Below are positions 56,874-64,000 of a stretch of DNA of 64,000 nt, one piece after another (positions within the stretch are counted from its first letter, which is position 1; every line of letters begins with the position of its first letter). The notes beneath the pieces were generated by a model. The model had not been told where the DNA came from, did not search any database, and saw nothing but the letters and a program-made list of their open reading frames with translations. Source of the DNA: Candidatus Copromonas faecavium (nom. illeg.) (GTDB taxonomy: Bacteria; Bacillota; Clostridia; Lachnospirales; Lachnospiraceae); NCBI GenBank assembly GCA_018712915.1, contig DVGC01000027.1, forward strand, positions 33,928 to 97,927. Direction: 5' to 3'. Both the position numbers and the translations under genes were made by a program.

Positions 56874-57293
56874 TTACTCCTGCATTTTATTAAATGTTCG
56901 GCAATAGATCCCTGCTGCGTAAGATGGCAACAATGGTATCCTGTCCATTCGCCAATTTATTAATGCTTTTTGTAAATTCTTTTCTGTATGTAAAAAATCG
57001 GTATGGTGGTCCTTGACTTTCTCTCTCATATAGTTGAGCTTTCTGTTTTAGCCATGCAGCTCTTTTTGCATTGTTTCCAGCGATTTGGTCATAGCATTAA
57101 ATCTGGCGTCGATTTGTGCTTCCATGCTGTCCATACGATGGTTTTCTTTTGTATCCTGGACAGCCAGAGCTTGATTCATCTTGTCTTCGAGGTCAGATAT
57201 GTTCTGCTCCATTCTGCCTTCCAGTTCAATAAACTTCTGATCCATTCTGAGTTTCAGACTTTTAATGGTATTTAATAGTTCCTGCTAGTACAT
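56874..57293 (-). pseudogene. Decayed coiled-coil ORF (about 139 codons) with two in-frame stops. The 65-aa ORF 57048..57245 is its middle part.
   Basis: An AAGGAAGGG RBS precedes the ATG at 57293. A TAG occupies codon 3 (57285-57287) and a TAA lies at 57048-57050. The same frame then stays open for 57 more codons, to 56874. Confidence 0.4.
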
Positions 57294-57482
57294 GTTTCCC
57301 TTCCTTTCAACTTTATTATCTTTTGTTTGGCGGTTGGTGTTAATGAACTCAGGCTTCAAAACCGAAAAGAGAAAGGGTAAAAGATAGCCAGGCCGGACAC
57401 TCGATGAATGCGAACCCGGTGAATTGGTGAAATTTATATTAAAGACATGGCACTTTTTTCTTGTGCTCTGCGATGGAACATG

Positions 57483-57520
57483 CTAAAATAAAGACACAAA
57501 TTTTATTTTGTTTTTATTTT
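57483..57520. repeat. Left arm of AT-rich inverted repeat flanking the TetR gene
   Basis: CTAAAATAAAGACACAAATTTTATTTTGTTTTTATTTT. The 13-nt core TAAAATAAAGACA is exactly mirrored at 58228-58266. Confidence 0.55.
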
Positions 57521-57535
57521 GCGTGAGGTGATGCG

Positions 57536-58171
57536 ATGCCAAGGGTATCTTATTCTGAGGAGGATAGAGAACGCATCCGGGAAGCGCTTGTTTCAGCCGG
57601 GCTTGAGCTGATGGCAAAGCAGGGCATCCAGCATACAACCGTGGAGCAGGTGTATAAAAAAGTTGGTATTTCAAGAAGCTTTTTTTATTCTTTCTTCCCG
57701 ACAAAAGAAGATCTGGTGCTGGAAACGCTGTACTGGCAGCAGCCTAAAGTCATCAAATACGTTCAAACGCTGATGGCTGATCCGGCTTTAAGCTGGCGTG
57801 AGGCGGTAAAAAAATTTCTTCATGACTGCTGCTACGGGGAAGAAAATGGAATTGCTGTTTTGACCATTGAAGAACAGCAGCTTATTTTTAAGCGGCTGTC
57901 CAGGGAAAGCTACCAGATGTTTCGTCAAAAACAGCACTGGCTTTTTGGAAAAATATTGGAAAACTTTGGGATAAGGGCAGATGCAAAACGAATCAATCTG
58001 TTTACCAACTTAAGTCTGACGGCGATGGTGATACGCAGAGCACTCCCCGATACCCTCCCCTTGTTTGTTCCGGAAGCCGCAGACGAAACCATTGATTTTC
58101 AGCTTGATGCGATTGTTGACATCCTTGAAAAATTGAAAACGGATCCCCAGGTTTTAAATGACGGGAATTAG
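57536..58171 (+). CDS. TetR/AcrR family transcriptional regulator
   Basis: The N-terminal HTH is GIQHTTVEQVYKKVGISRSFFYSFF. Confidence 0.9.
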   Translation: MPRVSYSEEDRERIREALVSAGLELMAKQGIQHTTVEQVYKKVGISRSFFYSFFPTKEDLVLETLYWQQPKVIKYVQTLMADPALSWREAVKKFLHDCCYGEENGIAVLTIEEQQLIFKRLSRESYQMFRQKQHWLFGKILENFGIRADAKRINLFTNLSLTAMVIRRALPDTLPLFVPEAADETIDFQLDAIVDILEKLKTDPQVLNDGN

Positions 58172-58173
58172 GG

Positions 58174-58219
58174 AAATCCGTCCGAATATGTTGCTGCAGT
58201 GTGATATTCGGGCGGATTT
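58174..58219 (+). terminator. Strong 16-bp hairpin immediately after the tetR stop (weak U-tail)
   Basis: The stem is AAATCCGTCCGAATAT / ATATTCGGGCGGATTT with one G-U pair and a 14-nt loop. It is followed by GCTTCACTT. Confidence 0.5.
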
Positions 58220-58227
58220 GCTTCACT

Positions 58228-58266
58228 TAAAATAAAAATAAAAAGATAAATTTGTCTTTATTTTAA
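58228..58266. repeat. Right arm of AT-rich inverted repeat flanking the TetR gene
   Basis: TAAAATAAAAATAAAAAGATAAATTTGTCTTTATTTTAA. It ends with TGTCTTTATTTTA, the reverse complement of the left-arm core. Confidence 0.55.
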
Positions 58267-58362
58267 CTGATTATGGAAACGGCAGCCATGCAAAAAAGAA
58301 TGGGAGATGAGTCTCTTTGGCTTACTTCCCTTCCAATCAACCATATAAAGGAGGAACATATT

Positions 58363-58848
58363 ATGGGATTTTTCAGCAAGCTGTTTAAGGGGCCGGAAAT
58401 TGACATGGACAAAAGCAATGCAAATGCGAAGAAAATGCGTGCTCTATTTAACCAGGTCGTGGAGGGCGGAGACAATTACCGGCTGATTTTCGGATATACC
58501 GAAGACGTGAGCCGTTTCAATTATGGCTTTGTCCATGGCAGCAAAACGAAAATCGGAAATTTAATTGTGGGCTGGAATGAGACCAGTCAAACAATTGTGG
58601 TTGTTCCAACGGTTCCCGATCTTTCCGGCTGTGGTGATCCGACTTACTACCGGCGTTCTGAGATTCTGAAGGCCTATCGCAACAAATATCCTACCGATGC
58701 GTTTATTATTTATCCGGATAAAAAAGGGTATATTGGCATCAATGCCTATGACTGGCTGGAAGATGAAAAGCTGTATGTCTATGTGTCGCAGGATGAGGAG
58801 TTGGCCGCTTTTACGGACTTCTTCATGAACAGATTTGCAACCAAGTGA
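58363..58848 (+). CDS. Hypothetical protein (161 aa)
   Basis: An AAAGGAGGA RBS precedes the ATG at 58363. I did not recognise a family. Confidence 0.55.
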   Translation: MGFFSKLFKGPEIDMDKSNANAKKMRALFNQVVEGGDNYRLIFGYTEDVSRFNYGFVHGSKTKIGNLIVGWNETSQTIVVVPTVPDLSGCGDPTYYRRSEILKAYRNKYPTDAFIIYPDKKGYIGINAYDWLEDEKLYVYVSQDEELAAFTDFFMNRFATK

Positions 58849-58856
58849 GGTGGAAC

Positions 58857-59039
58857 ATGCCTTTAGGAGAAATTGGAGCGTTCTTACTGTTTCTTGCGGC
58901 GGCATTTATATTTGGAAATCTGTGGTTTCATTTTGTTGAAGCAATATTAGAGCGGATCAAAAAATGCTTTACGAGCCGCAGGAAACCTCCGGTATGGCAT
59001 ACGCTTCCCCCGGATGAGGAGGGCAGAAAAAATGCTTGA
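58857..59039 (+). CDS. Small single-TM protein (60 aa)
   Basis: A GAGGTGG RBS precedes the start. The TM segment is IGAFLLFLAAAFIFGNLWF. The 3' end overlaps the next start. Confidence 0.45.
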   Translation: MPLGEIGAFLLFLAAAFIFGNLWFHFVEAILERIKKCFTSRRKPPVWHTLPPDEEGRKNA

Positions 59040-60219
59040 TATCAACGAAATCAGAAAACGGGCACAGCAAGCCAGTGAACGGGCCGCTGACAGCATGAAA
59101 AAGACGTTTGAAAAAAGCGAGGAACTGGCAAATAAGCTTGAATTTTCCGACTCTGAAAAAGAAACATCTGCATCTGTCACTGAGGCAGATACAGAGGAAC
59201 AGAACCATGCCGGCACAAAGAAGCAAGTAGAAATTCTTGGCCAGATATTTGGGGCTGATGGTATGGCACAGATGATAGACAACGAAGAGCGATTGCAGAA
59301 CATGATAAATGAGAAAGTCGCTGAGGCTGCTTCATCTGCTGCTGAAGACTTGATTGGGCAGTTGTTTGGAGAGGATATGGGGATTCTCTCGGCGGCTCTG
59401 GAAATGCTGGAGATGGAGGAGGACGAAGAAGAGGAAGAATCGGTATGGAGTCTGGAGCTGGAGCAAACGCTTTATAAAACCCTGGAAGAAACAATGGCCC
59501 GGCTTGAGTCCACCCCTGAGCCAGAACCGATCTCTTACCAAAAAAATGATGAAAAATGGGAACGCTTTGGCATCCTGCTGTCCGGGATTGTAGCGACACT
59601 TAACGGCCACAATCTGTGTCGTATGGACGTGGAAGAACACATCCCTGTCATGGAGCAGAAGGTTGTATCTCTTGTACGCCGCTCCTGGGGGATCAATGGC
59701 CGCAGCGATCTGCTGGACATGATCCGTTATCTGGCGCAGGAAGGCTATTCCCTGCGATATCAGCTTTATGGTGAGGCATCCTCGCCGGAGGAACTGATGG
59801 ACGAAGCAATGGACGAGGAGGAGCGTGAGTCTGTCAGGAGGGCATGGCGGTTTGCACAACGGTATAAAAGTCAGTATGCCCCTGATTTTATGGCCGGATG
59901 GGACATTGGGCGGGCGGCGATGCTGACCCGCTGGGGGTGTTATTTAGGCTGGATCACCGAAAGTGAGGCAGTAGGAATCCTCTGGGACCTTTCCCAAAAA
60001 GCAGCAGAGAAGCTGCATGGCTGGCGTGAATTTGCCCAGTCTTATCTTTTTGGCGGTCTGATGTGGAAATTGCTGTGCGGTGACAGCTCCGCTGGAAGTT
60101 ACCTGGGCTATCTCGCAGACGCTGCCGCAGACCTTTTGGCCGGAAAAGCAGAGGAGGACCATGGGCAATGGCGTGACTGCCCCTGGCCGGCACAGAGAAG
60201 AATCGGCTTCGTAGGATAA
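59032..60219 (+). CDS. DUF1266 domain-containing protein with an acidic coiled-coil N-terminal half
   Basis: The C-terminal AGWDIGRAAMLTRWGCYLGWITESEA...WREFAQSYLFGGLMW resembles DUF1266. A GAGGAGGG RBS lies upstream. Confidence 0.65.
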   Translation: MLDINEIRKRAQQASERAADSMKKTFEKSEELANKLEFSDSEKETSASVTEADTEEQNHAGTKKQVEILGQIFGADGMAQMIDNEERLQNMINEKVAEAASSAAEDLIGQLFGEDMGILSAALEMLEMEEDEEEEESVWSLELEQTLYKTLEETMARLESTPEPEPISYQKNDEKWERFGILLSGIVATLNGHNLCRMDVEEHIPVMEQKVVSLVRRSWGINGRSDLLDMIRYLAQEGYSLRYQLYGEASSPEELMDEAMDEEERESVRRAWRFAQRYKSQYAPDFMAGWDIGRAAMLTRWGCYLGWITESEAVGILWDLSQKAAEKLHGWREFAQSYLFGGLMWKLLCGDSSAGSYLGYLADAAADLLAGKAEEDHGQWRDCPWPAQRRIGFVG

Positions 60220-60483
60220 GCGTTTAACGTATGTTGTTCTTCAGAAGCCGCAAGAGGGAATGGGAGATAAAACAGATCCTCATATGCATGTCCGAAAATG
60301 GCTGGAATTGACCGGAAAAGGTATGCTATAATGTCCAGGTAAGCTGAAAGAAGCAGCGAACCGAGAAAGCTGCTGCTTGGCCTTCCATGATTTATCTTAA
60401 ATGAATATACAATTGGCAGAAGCAGGTATGTTCATACATACAGGAAAAATCAGGAGACTGTCAGGAGCAAAGGGGAGAAACAT

Positions 60484-61980
60484 ATGAATCTGGAAGAGAA
60501 AGAAGCGCTTTACCGAGCATTTCAGTCTAAAGATGTACGGTTTGACGGAAAATTTTATATCGGAGTGTCTTCCACTGGCGTCTACTGCCGCCCGGTATGC
60601 CGGGCCAGGCTGCCAAAGCGGAAAAACTGTACCTATTTTTTAACGGCGGCAGAAGCGGAGCAGGCAGGTTACCGCCCCTGTCTGTTATGCCGTCCGGAGC
60701 TGGCGCCCGGCCATTCCGCAGCAGACTCGTCACAGACTCTTGCGCGACAGGCGACCAGCCTTTTTGAAGAAAACTGTACAAGCGGACAGAGTGTGGAAGA
60801 ATTTGCCGGAAAGCTTGGCTGTACCGGAAGGCATTTACGGCGGGTCTTCCTGCAGGAATACCATGTAACCCCGGTTCAGTATCTTCAGACCTGCCGGCTT
60901 CTTCTTGCAAAAAGCCTGCTGACCGATACGGAGCTTCCGGTCCTGGAAATTGCCATGGCCGCCGGCTTCGGAAGTCTGCGCCGGTTTAACGATTTATTTC
61001 AAAAGCAGTATCACCTGACGCCGACAGCTTTACGAAAACAGGCAAAAGCCGGTGAACGGCATTCCGGCCTGGTAACAGTCGGCCTGGGATACCGTCCGCC
61101 CTATCAGTGGGAGCAGATGCTCCATTTTCTGGAAAAACGTATCATTCCGGGTGTCGAGCGGGTGGAACAGGGATATTATCTGCGTACTGTACGGATATAT
61201 GATAAGAATCATACGGCCTTTTGTGGATGGGTTCGGATAGGTCAGAACCAGGAAAAGAACATCCTGTCCGTTACCTTAAGCGACAGCCTTCTTCCCGTTC
61301 TGCCAGCACTTCTCGGGTGGATTCGCCGGCAGTTTGACTTGTGCTGCACGCCCGGGCTGATTTACGAGGCACTTCAGGAGATGAATGAGCTGCATCCGGG
61401 ACTTAATCTTCCCGGAATCCGGCTGCCCGGCTGCTTTGAGCCTTTTGAAATGGCTGTGCGGGCCGTTCTTGGCCAGTGGATCACCGTAAAGGCAGCGTCC
61501 ACACTGGCTGGAAGAGTGGCAGAAGCCTACGGAATGCCGGTTGCCTCCGGCATCGAAGGACTGACCCTTTTATTTCCGGAAAAGGAAGAAATTCTTAAAC
61601 AGGAGCATGTGGAGGAATGCCTGGGGACACTGGGGATTCCGGCAGCAAAGTCAAAAGCCATTCTGGCTCTGGCGAAGGCTATGGAGTCTGGAGAAATCGA
61701 TTTGTCCTCTTACGGGGATCCTCTGATTCAACGAAAAAAGCTTCTGAACATAAAAGGCATCGGCCCATGGACGGCAGATTATCTTGTGATGAGGACCATG
61801 GGCTGGACGGATGCATTCCTGGAAACCGATGCAGGAATCCGGCGGGCGCTGCCGTCCCTTTCACCGGAAGAAATGAGAGCATTATCAAAATCATGGAGTC
61901 CGTGGAGAAGCTATGCCATGATGAATCTCTGGAACTGGGAGGAGTCTGAAGAGAGAAAAGGGAAAGGAGAAGGAGACTGA
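60484..61980 (+). CDS. Ada-type fusion: methylphosphotriester-DNA alkyltransferase Zn domain + AraC HTH + AlkA (DNA-3-methyladenine glycosylase II)
   Basis: The Ada zinc domain is FYIGVSSTGVYCRPVCRA...CLLCRP. It is followed by an AraC-type HTH and then an HhH-GPD domain (IKGIGPWTADYLVMR). Confidence 0.85.
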   Translation: MNLEEKEALYRAFQSKDVRFDGKFYIGVSSTGVYCRPVCRARLPKRKNCTYFLTAAEAEQAGYRPCLLCRPELAPGHSAADSSQTLARQATSLFEENCTSGQSVEEFAGKLGCTGRHLRRVFLQEYHVTPVQYLQTCRLLLAKSLLTDTELPVLEIAMAAGFGSLRRFNDLFQKQYHLTPTALRKQAKAGERHSGLVTVGLGYRPPYQWEQMLHFLEKRIIPGVERVEQGYYLRTVRIYDKNHTAFCGWVRIGQNQEKNILSVTLSDSLLPVLPALLGWIRRQFDLCCTPGLIYEALQEMNELHPGLNLPGIRLPGCFEPFEMAVRAVLGQWITVKAASTLAGRVAEAYGMPVASGIEGLTLLFPEKEEILKQEHVEECLGTLGIPAAKSKAILALAKAMESGEIDLSSYGDPLIQRKKLLNIKGIGPWTADYLVMRTMGWTDAFLETDAGIRRALPSLSPEEMRALSKSWSPWRSYAMMNLWNWEESEERKGKGEGD

Positions 61981-62499
61981 ATGTTTTACAGAACAGAATT
62001 TTCATCACCATTGGGGAAAATTATTCTTGCCAGCGATGGGGAAGCGTTAAGCGGCCTGTGGTTTGAGGGGCAGAAATATTTCGAGGCTGGGATTCCGGAG
62101 CCAATGAAGGAAAACCCGGAGCTTTCTATTTTTAAAGACACAAAGGACTGGCTCAACCGCTATTTTGCAGGAGAAAAACCGGATATCCATCTGCCGCTTC
62201 GCCCACTGGGAAGCCATTTCCGCCAGCAGGTCTGGAAACTTTTATGCGAGATCCCTTATGGAGAAATGACCACCTACGGAGAACTGGGCCGGAAGCTGGA
62301 GGCACTGGAAGGGAAGAAGACATCGGCCCGTGCTGTAGGCGGGGCAGTGGGACATAACCCCATTTCGATTCTTATTCCATGTCACCGGGTCATCGGAGCA
62401 AATGGAAGTCTGACCGGATATGCGGGAGGACTGGAGCGGAAGATACAGCTTCTGAAGCTGGAGGGAATCTCTCTGGAAAAACTTGTGCAGGGCAAATAG
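61981..62499 (+). CDS. ogt: Methylated-DNA--protein-cysteine methyltransferase
   Basis: The active site is IPCHRVIG. The ATG immediately follows the ada-alkA stop. Confidence 0.9.
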   Translation: MFYRTEFSSPLGKIILASDGEALSGLWFEGQKYFEAGIPEPMKENPELSIFKDTKDWLNRYFAGEKPDIHLPLRPLGSHFRQQVWKLLCEIPYGEMTTYGELGRKLEALEGKKTSARAVGGAVGHNPISILIPCHRVIGANGSLTGYAGGLERKIQLLKLEGISLEKLVQGK

Positions 62500-62504
62500 A
62501 AACA

Positions 62505-62538
62505 CCCTCTGCCTATCCCAAAAACGGGAGACAGAGGG
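62505..62538. terminator. Hairpin between convergent ogt and the flavoprotein gene
   Basis: A 7-bp stem (CCCTCTG / CAGAGGG) has a long 20-nt loop. T-rich sequence follows. Confidence 0.35.
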
Positions 62539-62573
62539 CATTTCTTTACTGTTTTATCTTTCACGAACGGATG

Positions 62574-63197
62574 TTACCGGATAAAATGGGTCCTTAACGG
62601 CGCCTCATACACCGGGAAGGGGACGCCGGCCGCTTTTCCGGCTTCCATATTCTTTAAAAGCCATGCCATATTCTGAGCTAAGGTTCGCATGGTCTGAAGG
62701 CCTTCTTCATCCTTTTTCACATCCTCCGGCGTGAAGCCGTGAACCTGGTTCCAATACTGAGAGCCCACAATATGCATGTTGCTGATGCCGAAATACTTGT
62801 TTAACCGGTCAAAGGCTGCGCTGGCGCCTCCTCTGCGGCAGGAAACAACAGATGCCGCCAGTTTGCCCGCCATCCGGCCGCCGCTGCTGTAAAACAAACG
62901 ATCCAGGAAGGCACAGACCTGACCCGTAGGTCCCGCATAGTAAACGGGAGAACCCACAACGATGCCGTCGTATTCATCCAGTTTCTCCAGCACCTCATTG
63001 ACCTTGTCGTTGAACACACAGCGCCCGGTCTGAAAGCAGCCTCCGCAGGCGATGCAGCCGGCCACCGGCTGTTTTCCCAGATATAAAATTTCCGATTCCA
63101 CTTCATATTTGGAAAGCGTATCGGCAATTTCCTTTAAAGCCGTATATGTGCAGCCGTGCTCGTGGGGGCTGCCGTTGATCAGCAAAACTTTGCTCAT
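62574..63197 (-). CDS. Flavodoxin-like fold NAD(P)H-dependent FMN reductase / iron-sulfur flavoprotein
   Basis: It carries LLINGSPHEHGCT, a Cys cluster (CIACGGC...C) and GSPVYYAG. The start could alternatively be the TTG at 63203. Confidence 0.8.
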   Translation of the reverse strand: MSKVLLINGSPHEHGCTYTALKEIADTLSKYEVESEILYLGKQPVAGCIACGGCFQTGRCVFNDKVNEVLEKLDEYDGIVVGSPVYYAGPTGQVCAFLDRLFYSSGGRMAGKLAASVVSCRRGGASAAFDRLNKYFGISNMHIVGSQYWNQVHGFTPEDVKKDEEGLQTMRTLAQNMAWLLKNMEAGKAAGVPFPVYEAPLRTHFIR

Positions 63198-63232
63198 GAG
63201 CAATCGTCCTCCTTCTGTCGGATATTCTGTCC

Positions 63233-63862
63233 TTATTTCGTTCCAAAAATTCTGTCGCCTGCATCTCCCAGTCCGGGACAGATGTACGCGTGATCGTTCA
63301 GTTCCCGGTCGATGTGGCCAATATAAATCTGAATGTCCGGATGGGCCTCATGAAGCCGTTTTACACCTTCGGGAGCCGCAATGACACACATAAACTTAAT
63401 ATGTTTTCCGCCGTGTTCCTTGATAAAATCCACGGCAGCCACGGCAGAACCGCCGGTGGCCAGCATGGGATCCGTCACAACAATGGTCCGCTGATCGATG
63501 GGGCTGGGAAGCTTGCAGAAATATTCATGGGGCTCATGGGTTTCCTCATCCCGGTAAAGGCCGATATGGCCTACCTTGGCGGTGGGAACCAGGGAAAGGA
63601 TTCCGTTTACCATGCCAAGTCCGGCTCTGAGAATCGGAACCACCGCCAGCTTCTTTCCGGAAATCACCGGCGTCATGCAGCGCTCGATGGGAGTTTCCAC
63701 TTCAATGTCTTCCAGCGGCAGATCTCTTAATGCCTCGTATCCCATTAACGTGGCAATTTCCTCAATCAGTGTCCGGAACTCATTGGTTCCCGTGTTCTTA
63801 TCTCTGAGACGGGAGATTTTGTGCTGCACCAGAGGATGATCAATAACTGTTACATTTTCCAT
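63233..63862 (-). CDS. upp: Uracil phosphoribosyltransferase
   Basis: It carries [27 protein letters not shown] and [12 protein letters not shown] motifs. The start is ambiguous among 63862, 63868 and 63892. Confidence 0.9.
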   Translation of the reverse strand: MENVTVIDHPLVQHKISRLRDKNTGTNEFRTLIEEIATLMGYEALRDLPLEDIEVETPIERCMTPVISGKKLAVVPILRAGLGMVNGILSLVPTAKVGHIGLYRDEETHEPHEYFCKLPSPIDQRTIVVTDPMLATGGSAVAAVDFIKEHGGKHIKFMCVIAAPEGVKRLHEAHPDIQIYIGHIDRELNDHAYICPGLGDAGDRIFGTK

Positions 63863-63934
63863 ATTCATGTACCTGCCCTTCGTAAAATTCATATCGCTGT
63901 TAAAGCAGCTGTGTTTTTCGTGATTGTTTCCCTG

Positions 63935-64000
63935 TTAGAACATAAGAGTTCTGTCTGCTCTTATTTTTTTGAGATAATTTCCCATTAGAACATAAGAGTT
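63935..64000. repeat. Two copies of TTAGAACATAAGAGTT spaced 50 nt apart, at the window edge
   Basis: The exact 16-mer occurs at 63935-63950 and 63985-64000. The first copy is part of a hairpin (ATAAGAG / CTCTTAT) followed by a T7 run. Confidence 0.5.

Noticed and set aside
63935-64000. CRISPR array at the right edge
   Set aside because: Only two 16-nt copies are visible. The repeat is shorter than CRISPR repeats and no cas genes are in the window.

Overview
This window looks like a chromosomal segment from a Gram-positive anaerobe of the Clostridia/Lachnospiraceae type. The evidence is GGAGG-type ribosome binding sites (RBS), sporulation genes ytfI/ytfJ, and the Bacillus-like synteny yicC-gmk-rpoZ and rpmB/yloU-yloV-recG. 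GC content is in the mid-50s by eye. From left to right the window holds: (1) the late cobalamin operon (cbiT', cbiA, cobT, cobS, cobC, cbiB, cobQ, cbiC), which contains an odd T-depleted polypurine spacer; (2) an ECF sigma/anti-sigma pair, a ThrC-like enzyme and a CwlO-like NlpC/P60 hydrolase; (3) a housekeeping block (yicC, gmk, rpoZ, rimO, pgsA, cinA, ytfI/J, rpmB, asp23, yloV, recG); (4) an M42 peptidase and a dCMP deaminase, followed by a visibly low-GC two-gene insert; (5) GNAT, topoisomerase III, GNAT, a lipoprotein, split chrA, parE/parC, asd, galM, an EamA transporter, a second topoisomerase III paralog, a hexapeptide-repeat protein, a MATE transporter and a LysR regulator; (6) a mosaic accessory stretch with an ISAs1-family IS, an AbgB-like hydrolase plus two transporters, an AT-rich 1 kb gap holding a decayed ORF, a TetR gene flanked by inverted repeats, and three unknown genes including a DUF1266 protein; (7) ada-alkA, ogt, a flavoprotein and upp. 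The best candidate for an undescribed system is the low-GC insert at about 29.35-30.88 kb. It encodes a DUF4869-like small protein with an LSGG motif and a compact P-loop ATPase fused to a Toprim/DUF4435-like domain. I saw no rRNA, tRNA or CRISPR array. All family assignments come from reading motifs by eye, not from database searches.
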